A program made the position numbers and the translations under genes. DNA of 64,000 nucleotides from Arcobacteraceae bacterium (GTDB lineage Bacteria; Campylobacterota; Campylobacteria; Campylobacterales; Arcobacteraceae), in NCBI GenBank assembly GCA_963662945.1, contig OY759974.1, forward strand, positions 896,001-960,000, given 5' to 3'. The notes below the pieces were generated by a model. The model was not told where the DNA came from, made no database searches, and was given only the letters and a program-made list of their open reading frames with translations. Positions 46,260-56,200 of this stretch are shown here, piece after piece. Position 1 is the stretch's first letter. Every line of letters starts with the position of its first letter.

Positions 46260-48428
46260 CTAGTTACCACCACTTAACTTACTTAATATTTCCTCTTTTG
46301 GTCCATCCATTATAATTTTACCACTGTCCATCACAATTATTCTATCCACTAATGCTAAATTTGATGGTGTATGTGTTATTAGTATAAGTGTTTTTTCTTT
46401 TAAAAACTCTTTTAAATTTTTTAAGACTTTATTTGTAGTTCCACTATCAAAAGATTTAGTAGGTTCATCAAGAATAAATAATGCACTATCATCTATAACT
46501 GTTCTTGCTAATGAAATAGCTTGTGCTTGACCACCAGATAAATTTTCACCTTTTTCAACAATTGGAAGTTCAAAACCTTTAGGATGTTTATTAATAAACT
46601 CTGTTGCACAACTAATTGTTGCAGCTTTAAGTAAATCATCATCACTTGCTTTATGATTTTTTATCATTATGTTACTTCTAGCAGTTCCTGCAAATAATAC
46701 TATCTCTTGTGCCATATAAGAGATATTTGACCGTATCTCTACAGGGTCAATTTGTTGTACATCAATACCATCAATTAAAACAGAACCCTCATCATGATAA
46801 TAAAATCCTAGTAGAAGTTTTTGAATAGTACTTTTTCCACTTCCTACTTTTCCTAAGATAGCAACTTTTTCCCCCTCTTCAATCTTAAAATTAATATTAA
46901 TTAATTGCTTTGTTTCAGTTCCAGGATATGAAAAACTTACATTTTTGAATTCTATATTTCCTTTAAAAGCAGGTCGTCGAACAAATTGTTTATCACTAGG
47001 ATGTTCTGATTCTAAATTCATAACATTTTCGATAGATTGATATGCAGATACAATATGTTGGTAATATGCAATCATACCAGCTACTTGCCCCATAGGTCCC
47101 AATGCCCGGCCAGCCATAATAACTGTTGCGATTAATGCCCCTGTTGTAAGAGTTTGTGCATCAACCATATAAGCACCAAAAATAATAATAAGCACTGTAT
47201 TTAACTGTGTAACAAAAGAAGATACTGTCCCAATAGCAGCTGAAAGTGTTTTTGTTTTAATCCCTTTATCTGCTATTTCCCCTGTTGCTTCTTCCCATTT
47301 ATATTGAGATAAACTTAAAGCATTTAAACTCTTAATAGTTTCAAGATTTGAAATAGATTCTATAAGAACGCCATTTTTTAAACTACTTGCACCTGCAGTT
47401 TCTTTTACACTTTGCAACATTTTATCTTTGATACTATAAGTATAAACTAAAATTATCAGCATAGAAACAACTGTAACCCACACTAAATGCCCTGCTACAA
47501 AATAAATTGTAAATAAAAAGATAAAAACAAATGGTAAATCAATAACAATAGCAATAGTACTTGAAGCCATAAAACTTCGTATAGATTCAAACTCTTTTAG
47601 TACATTTGCAAAAGACCCAATAGGTTTTGGTATTACAGATATTTTTAAATCCATTACTTTTTCAAAAATAATAGAGGACATAATAATATCTGCTTTTTTT
47701 CCAGCAACTTCCAGTAAATACGTACGGGTAAAACGTAAACCTAAATCTATCATATATACAACAACCACCCCTAAAGCAAAAACCCAAAGTGTATCAAAAG
47801 CTGAAGTTGGGATAACCCTATCATAAACATTCATAGTAAAAATTGGTGTTGCTATCATAAAAAGATTTATCACTAATGATGCTAACAAAACATCTTTGTA
47901 AATATATTTTACTGTTTGTATAGTATCCCAAAACCAATGTTTATGTTTATTGTCTATAAGTTTAAAATCATCTGATTCAAAACGAAACTCTCTTTTTAAA
48001 AAGAAAGCTAAACCAAAATATTCTTCTTTTAAATCTTCCGTAGAAACTTTATTAACCACTTCTCCAATCTCTGGAAGAATGACATTAGCATATTCTCTTG
48101 TTTCATCAAAAGACTCTAAAATACAAGCATTTACTTCATTTGGATTATCTGTTTTTAAAAGAATAATACAAGGCAAAACCAATTTACTGATTTCATCTAA
48201 AGAAATTTTTGAGATACTTGTTTTAAATCCTGCTTTGTGTGCAGCTCTACTAAACAATCCTCTTGAAGCATTAGCTTTTACAGAAAAAAGTTTTGGAGAT
48301 GATTCACCTTCTGCAATTGGTAATCCTTCACTTAATACTTCAGCACTATATGGTTTTCCATGTAATTTAGAAAATAAAACTAATGAATCTAAAACTGAAC
48401 TTTCTATATGTTTTCTAAAGTTTGCCAC
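46260..48428 (-). CDS. Type I secretion ABC permease/ATPase (LapB/LssB-like) with a C39-like N-domain
   Basis: PIFTMNVYDRVIP, Walker A GKVGSGKST, LSGGQ, LDEPT. Confidence 0.95.
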   Translation of the reverse strand: MANFRKHIESSVLDSLVLFSKLHGKPYSAEVLSEGLPIAEGESSPKLFSVKANASRGLFSRAAHKAGFKTSISKISLDEISKLVLPCIILLKTDNPNEVNACILESFDETREYANVILPEIGEVVNKVSTEDLKEEYFGLAFFLKREFRFESDDFKLIDNKHKHWFWDTIQTVKYIYKDVLLASLVINLFMIATPIFTMNVYDRVIPTSAFDTLWVFALGVVVVYMIDLGLRFTRTYLLEVAGKKADIIMSSIIFEKVMDLKISVIPKPIGSFANVLKEFESIRSFMASSTIAIVIDLPFVFIFLFTIYFVAGHLVWVTVVSMLIILVYTYSIKDKMLQSVKETAGASSLKNGVLIESISNLETIKSLNALSLSQYKWEEATGEIADKGIKTKTLSAAIGTVSSFVTQLNTVLIIIFGAYMVDAQTLTTGALIATVIMAGRALGPMGQVAGMIAYYQHIVSAYQSIENVMNLESEHPSDKQFVRRPAFKGNIEFKNVSFSYPGTETKQLININFKIEEGEKVAILGKVGSGKSTIQKLLLGFYYHDEGSVLIDGIDVQQIDPVEIRSNISYMAQEIVLFAGTARSNIMIKNHKASDDDLLKAATISCATEFINKHPKGFELPIVEKGENLSGGQAQAISLARTVIDDSALFILDEPTKSFDSGTTNKVLKNLKEFLKEKTLILITHTPSNLALVDRIIVMDSGKIIMDGPKEEILSKLSGGN

Positions 48429-48439
48429 ATTCTTTCCTT

Positions 48440-50362
48440 TTAAATTTCACCTAGCATATATTCTTTTATCAAACCAAGGTTTTTTAATATTTCATATTTT
48501 GAAAGAATAAAATCATATTTCGTTTCTATATAACTTCTTTTTGCCTCATATACACTATCTGTTACATCCAAAAGATCATTAGCATCAATTTTCGCAAACT
48601 TATAATCGTAATTTGCAGCGACATATTCTTCTTCTCTTTTTTTAACCATATCGCCTGTAAAGTTTTGTTTCGAATCTAACATATAATATTTATTGTAAGA
48701 CAAATCTAATGTATACCTTGCATCTCTAATGACTTCGTCTTTTTTAGCTATTTTTTGTTTATATTCATAAAATTTTTTTGCATAATCTGCTTCATCTGCT
48801 CCACCAGCATAAAGATTTATTGATGCTTCTACAGACAGAGATGACTCTTTTGTTGTTGTATCATATGTATTTAAAGTATATTTTTCATCTAAAACACTAC
48901 TTTTCCCTACAAGATTAATAGATGGAAGAAAAGATACATTTGCTTTTTCTAACTTTTGTTTATACAACAAAACATTATTATTTGCTTCTTTAATTGCTGG
49001 TGCATATTTTTCAATATCTTCTAATGCTAAAACAACATTTCCAAAATATTTACTTGTTGGATTTTCCATTTTAAATAATTTCATCTCATTATCATCAAAA
49101 TCTAAATATTTTTGCATTTTTGATATAGAATCATTATATCTTTTTGTATCTTCTTCAAAATTCATAAATCTACTAATAGATCTTGCTTCCACTTTTCTAA
49201 AATCTCTTAATGCAGTTATACCATTTTGAAATCTAATTTTCTCTTTTTCAACCCAGTCCATATAATGAGTATAATTTTCTCTTGATAATTTGTAAATATC
49301 TTTTATTTTTTGAATTGTTATATATGCCTCAACTAAAGAATAAATTAAATCATCTTCAATTTGCTCTTTAGAATACTCTGTTGATTTATAATTTGCTTGT
49401 GTTATTTCTAATTGATTTTTATCTTTAAATCCATTAAAAAGATTATACCTCACTGTAATATCTCTTGAACCATCACTATCTTTTACAGCCGCTGTTTCAT
49501 CATCATAACTTGTATAGTTTTTATAACTATAATTAACATCAATAGTTGGTTTAAAAGCTGCTTTTGCTGTATTAATATCTTCATTTGTAGCTTTTAAGAG
49601 TTCTATTTGCTCTTGAAGTGTAGGATTTTCATTAAGAAGTCTCTGTACATATTGAGAAATAGTTTTGATATTTTGTTCTGGAATATCAGTATTGTGTTCT
49701 AATGTTTCCTCTATATTTTCAATTTTTACTGGTTCTATTTGTTCAGGTTCTTCTATTTTTGTTTCTTCTTTAACTATTTTTTCTTCTTTTGGTAACTCTA
49801 CATTTTCATTTAAAATAACAATAAATTCTATTCTTCTAGATTTATATACATCTTCCTCACCATTTTCTTGATAAATGAGCTTTGATGATGAGTTTCCAAT
49901 AGTAATAAATTTCTCATTGATAAAATCTTTATTATCTTCTACAGTGTTATCATTAAGCCTCTTTATAAAATTTAAAACACCATCCGCTCTTTCCTGAGAT
50001 AAAATTAAATTTCTTTGATATTTTTCCTCTTTTGTTTTTCCTTTATTATTTTCAGAAGATGTATATCCATTGATCTCTACTTTTTTAATATATTTTTCAT
50101 AAGGCTTTAATATTTCAATATATCTTGGGAAAAAATCTTTTAATATTAATTCAAAAGATTGTGAAATAGTTGCACTTCCTTTCATATAAAGCATATTAAT
50201 ATTCTCAAATCTTAATCTCAAATTTTCTTTATTAAATTGAACTTCCCATACTCCAAAATCCCTTTTAAATTCTTGGTTTATAGTTTGATAAATTTCATCT
50301 TTAACTGTATCAGCTAAAAGATTAACCGTAATACAAAAAATAAAAATAAAATTTTTAATCAT
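48440..50362 (-). CDS. TolC-family outer-membrane protein with an N-terminal OmpA/MotB-like domain
   Basis: N-part: INGYTSS, NLILSQERA, SRRIEF; C-part: AKAAFKPTID, YNLFNGF, FLPSINL, NLYAGG. Confidence 0.88.
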   Translation of the reverse strand: MIKNFIFIFCITVNLLADTVKDEIYQTINQEFKRDFGVWEVQFNKENLRLRFENINMLYMKGSATISQSFELILKDFFPRYIEILKPYEKYIKKVEINGYTSSENNKGKTKEEKYQRNLILSQERADGVLNFIKRLNDNTVEDNKDFINEKFITIGNSSSKLIYQENGEEDVYKSRRIEFIVILNENVELPKEEKIVKEETKIEEPEQIEPVKIENIEETLEHNTDIPEQNIKTISQYVQRLLNENPTLQEQIELLKATNEDINTAKAAFKPTIDVNYSYKNYTSYDDETAAVKDSDGSRDITVRYNLFNGFKDKNQLEITQANYKSTEYSKEQIEDDLIYSLVEAYITIQKIKDIYKLSRENYTHYMDWVEKEKIRFQNGITALRDFRKVEARSISRFMNFEEDTKRYNDSISKMQKYLDFDDNEMKLFKMENPTSKYFGNVVLALEDIEKYAPAIKEANNNVLLYKQKLEKANVSFLPSINLVGKSSVLDEKYTLNTYDTTTKESSLSVEASINLYAGGADEADYAKKFYEYKQKIAKKDEVIRDARYTLDLSYNKYYMLDSKQNFTGDMVKKREEEYVAANYDYKFAKIDANDLLDVTDSVYEAKRSYIETKYDFILSKYEILKNLGLIKEYMLGEI

Positions 50363-53113
50363 CTACATACCTTTTATTAACAAATACATATTTAATTTAT
50401 TATTATCTAAAGAGATACCTAAATCAAACACTTTATATGATTCAGTCTTTGCAAGAGTTTCAACGATTTCGTCTTTATTCACTTGAAGAGTAATTTTTTT
50501 ATTTGTATTTTTTGATACTATATCCCCTAATGATAATAAAATTTGCTTTGAAATATCATGTAAACCATTATCAATCGTTTCTACAATATCTCCATCTGTA
50601 TCATCAATCATAATATTAAATATTTTAGACAAAGTTTTTGCTGGAATAAAAAACTTCCAATCAACATTTTTGCTACCATTTGCCACTAAACTATTAGTAA
50701 ATAATACCCCATTCATATTTTTAATATTCTGATGATAAATTTGTTCTATCTGAATCTTCTCCAACGTCGTTTCTAAGATATTATTTAATGTTGTTAATAA
50801 AGAATCTTGTATTAAAGTATATGGGTCTAATTTCGCTTTTTCTGCTTTTGAAGTTACTTTTTTTTGAATTTTAATAGGAGTTGCAATCACGTTATTAATA
50901 GTTTTGGCTTCAGATTGAACTAACTCCTTTTTTTCTTCCCCAATCTCTGTTTTTTTTATATCTTCCACAACTTCTTCATCTTTTAACTGTTCGACATCTA
51001 CTGTTTTACCAAAATATTCATAAGGAACAATCTCCTTATTTTCAACAATCATATTTACAAAAGGAATCAAGTCTTTATCTAGTCTTGTATATATTTCAAT
51101 TATATCTTGAGCAAATATTATACTTATTTTAAAGACATTCTCAAGTTTAGACAGATCTCTTTTTGTTATCTCTTTTATCTCTGATTGTGTGTATTTTCCA
51201 TTTTGTAAATCATGGAATTTTTTTTGATTTATTATATTACACATATTTATAGACAAGGTATAAATAAATTCTTTTGCTGTATCTACTACATCTTTATTCA
51301 TCTCATCTACTAACTCAAACTTATTATCACTTATTAAATTTAAGATTTTATATGAAGATATACAAGAGATATAAAAATTCCATTTTGATTCTATATCTTT
51401 AAATTTTAATAGACCATCAACTTCAACCATTTTTTCTCTTGGAATTGAATTTGAATCAATAGCTTCGATATTAATATTTACTAGTTTTTCTGAACTTAAT
51501 TCTTCAATTGTATGTTTGATACCTTCAACAATTTCATAAGAAATATCCGTATTCTTTTTTTCTTCTTCTAATTCTAGTTTTTCATTTATTCGAATATCTT
51601 TTAATAATTCAGCTGTTTCTTTTGATGATTTATAATTCACCAAATCTTGTGTCATATCCACTAAAGCAACTATTATAATTCTCTCTGTAACATGCTTTGA
51701 ATAATCCATTTCATTAAACTTCACTATAAAATGGTGTGGATCGCCGTTTATAGACATAACTACTTTATAAAGTTTTCTTGGATTTTGCAATAAATAGTCA
51801 ATCCAAAATTCTCCATCAATATATTGATCCCATATATAATTTGGTGCTTCATACTTTTCAAAAAGTTCACAAACACATTTATGCTTCTTTTTAAAACCAT
51901 CAAAAGTTCCAAATCTATTGAAAAATCCCATAAATCTATTATTTGCCTTTGTTATTTCTTTTCCATTATGCATAAACATTAGATTTGGTTGCATATTAAA
52001 TAAATTATCTAATTTTTTATCATTAAAATCAAGCTGATCTGTTTTTTCTTTTAAATCTTCATTGATAATTACTAATTCTTCATTTTCTAATTTTAAATCT
52101 TTAAAAACATTTGCCATATATAAATATTTTATGAAAAAGAATATAAGAAATATTGAAATTATAGTCACAATAATATGTGCTTTTTGCATAAAATTCAAAT
52201 CTTGATAATCTATTTCATCAAGTGTTCTAAATATTATTGCTTTTGCTATTATGCTATTATCGAGATTTTTAATATTATATTTAGATATAAGATGATCGCT
52301 TTTCTCATGGACAATATAATTGTTATTATCATCATCACAAAACTCATTTGCATCATTTTGTTTTATCACCCTTAAAAGATAATCATCTGCATTGGAATTT
52401 ACTACATAACAATCATTTATAAAGTTTTTAGAATAAGAAAGTTCTTGTTGTATTATATGAGAATCTCTTTTATTTAATAAAATTACTATTTTATACCCTC
52501 GTTGTGAAAAAATATCAGCTAATGCATCAAAATGTACATTAACTCCAAAATATCCTAAAAAAATATTGTTTTCATCAAAAATTGGTATTTTGTTTGTAAA
52601 TGTTACACCATATTTACTGGTTTGTATTGTAGTATATACTCTTGGATATTTTATTAGATGTTCCATTTGAGGATCATCTTTCACTAAATCATCACCTTTT
52701 AAATTTGTCCAACTCCTTTTAAAACTTTTACCATTAGCATCAATAACTTCTGCTTGAATATCAACATACTCTTTTTTAGTTCTCATCTCTTCAAGTAGTT
52801 TATCCATATCAAGTAAATCTGGATTATTTTGTTTCAATGATTTTTTAATCATAACATTTTTAGACAACGATGATGAAACAAGTAAAGATGTATTAAGCTT
52901 TTCATTAAGCATGACATCAAATTTCTCTAATATATCTTGATCAACTTTTTTATATATTTTATTTTTATATTCTTGTGTTTTTAAAAAATATATATCTTTA
53001 GAAATAAAACCAATAATTAGAATCAAAAATAAAAAAAGCGAAGTATAGATTGTTTTTGTACTAACAACATGATTATTAAGAATTTGTTTCTTGAGTTTTT
53101 TTAGTTTTTTCAT
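50363..53113 (-). CDS. Membrane sensor-like protein: TM, Cache-like, TM, PAS-like, then two CheC/FliY-like domains; no kinase or cyclase output
   Basis: Two hydrophobic segments, SFKRSW..LKGDDL Cache-like region, LFNMQPNL...ANNRFMGFF PAS-like region, duplicated C-terminal domain. Confidence 0.7.
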   Translation of the reverse strand: MKKLKKLKKQILNNHVVSTKTIYTSLFLFLILIIGFISKDIYFLKTQEYKNKIYKKVDQDILEKFDVMLNEKLNTSLLVSSSLSKNVMIKKSLKQNNPDLLDMDKLLEEMRTKKEYVDIQAEVIDANGKSFKRSWTNLKGDDLVKDDPQMEHLIKYPRVYTTIQTSKYGVTFTNKIPIFDENNIFLGYFGVNVHFDALADIFSQRGYKIVILLNKRDSHIIQQELSYSKNFINDCYVVNSNADDYLLRVIKQNDANEFCDDDNNNYIVHEKSDHLISKYNIKNLDNSIIAKAIIFRTLDEIDYQDLNFMQKAHIIVTIISIFLIFFFIKYLYMANVFKDLKLENEELVIINEDLKEKTDQLDFNDKKLDNLFNMQPNLMFMHNGKEITKANNRFMGFFNRFGTFDGFKKKHKCVCELFEKYEAPNYIWDQYIDGEFWIDYLLQNPRKLYKVVMSINGDPHHFIVKFNEMDYSKHVTERIIIVALVDMTQDLVNYKSSKETAELLKDIRINEKLELEEEKKNTDISYEIVEGIKHTIEELSSEKLVNINIEAIDSNSIPREKMVEVDGLLKFKDIESKWNFYISCISSYKILNLISDNKFELVDEMNKDVVDTAKEFIYTLSINMCNIINQKKFHDLQNGKYTQSEIKEITKRDLSKLENVFKISIIFAQDIIEIYTRLDKDLIPFVNMIVENKEIVPYEYFGKTVDVEQLKDEEVVEDIKKTEIGEEKKELVQSEAKTINNVIATPIKIQKKVTSKAEKAKLDPYTLIQDSLLTTLNNILETTLEKIQIEQIYHQNIKNMNGVLFTNSLVANGSKNVDWKFFIPAKTLSKIFNIMIDDTDGDIVETIDNGLHDISKQILLSLGDIVSKNTNKKITLQVNKDEIVETLAKTESYKVFDLGISLDNNKLNMYLLIKGM

Positions 53114-53244
53114 TGCAGATATTCCATATTATAATGCGTTTGCAAGATTATACTAAAGTATACCTTAAATAAAATTTTTGATTATATTTATTATTACTTA
53201 TAATGTACTAAAAGATAGAGAAAATCTCTATCTTAATTAAATTA

Positions 53245-56200
53245 TTATGATTGGTCTACTTGAACATTTGAATCAATCATAATCTGAATTGTTTGCAATT
53301 CATCTCCAGATCCTGCAGTAGATGTAAATGTATTAAATTCATTTCCATTTTCATCAATTGTTGTTTCCCCTGGTGTCCATATATCACTATCTAATGATAC
53401 TCTATCATCTGCATCACCTAGTATAGTAAGAGTATTATTATCTCCTGTCATATTAAGTACATCTTGAGCATCTAAATTTGATATTTCATGTGAACCTTCT
53501 GTCATATCTATAGAATTTATATGTGCTAATTCACTATCAACATCAATATTATTAAAATCTATATCAATATCATCCATATCAAATGTAAAGTCACCATCAT
53601 CAGATATATCTCCCATAGCATCTAAAGAGTTATCTTCATTTGTAACAACTGTACTTGTATCTCCACCATTAATTTCTGTTGAAGTTACACTTGCTGTAAT
53701 GCCACTTATAGAATCATCATCTAATTCAGATGGTGCTGATAAAGTTACTGTTGCATCACCATTTTCATTTGGTGTGATTGTATATGTTCCATCTAAGTTT
53801 GCACTGATTTCATTTCCATTAGCATCTGTTAATGTTGCACCATCTGGTATATTATTCAATGTAATATCACTTAACGTTTCACTTCCATCTGTGTCAGTTA
53901 ATCCTGCATTTAAGTCTATATCATAAGAATATACTGTTTCTGTATTATCTGGAATAGAAGAATCCGTACCCAAAGATACAATACCATCACGAAATTGAAT
54001 ATTTTCTACATTTTGTGTTGTAACTTCATAATGATCTAGATCCCATTCTCCCCATGCATTATAACCAACTTGTTGGATAGTATGAGTACCATCACCATTA
54101 TCTATAATATTAAATCTTACACTACCATTATCTCGAGGTGCGTCAATCACTAAAGTATCTGTTCCTGATCCACCATCAATATTATGTCCTGTTCCAAAAT
54201 TATTCCACAATGATACAGGAGCTTCTATGGTATCATTACCAGCACCTGCATTTATCTCTTTATTATCACCCATTCCTACATTAATAATATCTGATGCTTC
54301 TGTACCATTAATAGTTTCATTATTTGTCCAATAATTATTTGCACTATTAATTACATTTCCATCAATAGGAATTACCTCTGCAGAGACTGCTATAACTTCA
54401 AAACTATCAGACCAACTATTACCTGAAATTTTTATTGAACTAAATTCCTCTTCAGAAGTTATTGTTTGCACTTGATTTCCATTATTTACATCTATCACTA
54501 TAGTATCTACAATATTTCCATTTTCATCTAGTAATTCAACTTTTGCATCATCTTGTCCCATATTATTTCTAAATGTTACATCAACACTATGAGTATTTCC
54601 ACCTAAGTTATACTCTGCTGTATCCCAACCACCATTTACATAATCTGTTGTTGTGTCTGTAAATGTTACTGTTTGTTCTGGATTAACTTCAGTTACAACT
54701 GCATCACCTATTTCCATATCTAAAGTTGGAGCTGATGCTTCATGATCTACTCCTGTTACATTTACAGTTATATCAGCTGTATCTGTATCAACTCCATCAC
54801 TTACTGTATAAGTAAATGTTACATCTGTATTTTCACCTTGATCTAATGTTGCAAAATATTGGCTTGGTGTGAATTCAACTTCACCATTAGGTGTTACTAT
54901 TGCTGTACCTAATTCATTTCCATCAGTATCTGTTATAGTTGCAACTTGTCCATTTGTTACATCTTGTCCATCAATAGCTACAATTGAAAGTTCATCACCA
55001 TCTGAATCTGTATCATTATTTGTTGCATCTACGATTACACTACTATCTTCATCTGTAGTAGCTATATCATCTGATGCTTCTGGGGCATCATTTGGAATAT
55101 AAGCAATGTCTGTATCTATTACTGTATTTGTATCACCTGTACTTAATTCTGTACCCGTTGCCACTATACTTAATTCAAACTCTCCAATACCAGCTGGAAC
55201 TGTTATTGTTAAACTATCTTCTATAGATGTTGCACCTTCTGGTACTGATATAGTCCAAGTTCCATCACCATTATTGATACCTTCACTTAAGGTCGCACCT
55301 TCTGGCACGCCTGTTATAACCACACTTAAACTTTCACTTCCATCTGTATCACTAAGTGCTGCACTAATATCTACTGGATATACATAACCATTAACTACAT
55401 CCTCTGTAGTCATCATAGGTTCTACCACAATTTCTTGTGAAACCATTGGTACTCCACCCTCTATTTCAGAAGCATCTACTTGTTGTGCTGGTGCATCTAC
55501 AAGTACACTTTCGGTGTAAGTCTCTGTAGTAGTTTCCTCTTTTACCCAACCTGATTGTCCCTCATAAGTCACTTCTATATCTTTTACATTTACAATCTCA
55601 TCTGAAGCAGTTGAAGCAACCATAAAATCTAATTGTGCTTGACCATTATCATCTAAATACACCTGATACTCATAAGTATATGTTTCTGATTGATCCCAAC
55701 CTAAATAACTTACATCATCTGACTCATAGGTATTAGCGTTTGAATTACTTGAATAATAATTTACATCCAGCTCTTTTCCATTTGCACTAACACTAAAATA
55801 GTCATTTGTACTTGTAGTGTTATTATCCCAACTACCTTTTACTTCCATTTCAACAGTAATTGTCACAAGTCTATTAGCTAAATCTGGCCCAAAATCAAAT
55901 ACTTGACTTGATTCATGATCTTCTGGATTAAATCCATCAACTTTACTATTTCCAACATTTCCAATATTTGTTATATCAGCACTTTGTGTTATTGTTTGAT
56001 GTTCTGTTTCACTCCAAGAGATTCCAGCAGCTTCCATCGCATCATAATCAGGTACTAATCCTCCAGCTTCAACAGTAACTGTTTCTGGTAATCCTCTTCC
56101 TTGAATAGATTCTACTTCTATATCTGAACCATTTGCAGTCAATCTAACTGCACTAAACTCTTCACCAAAACCATATCCTCTTTCATCATTACCTGTAGGA

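Noticed and set aside
48440-50362. Zorya anti-phage system
   Set aside because: Only a ZorB-like periplasmic domain fused to TolC is present; there is no zorA, zorC/D/E or ZorB TM helix
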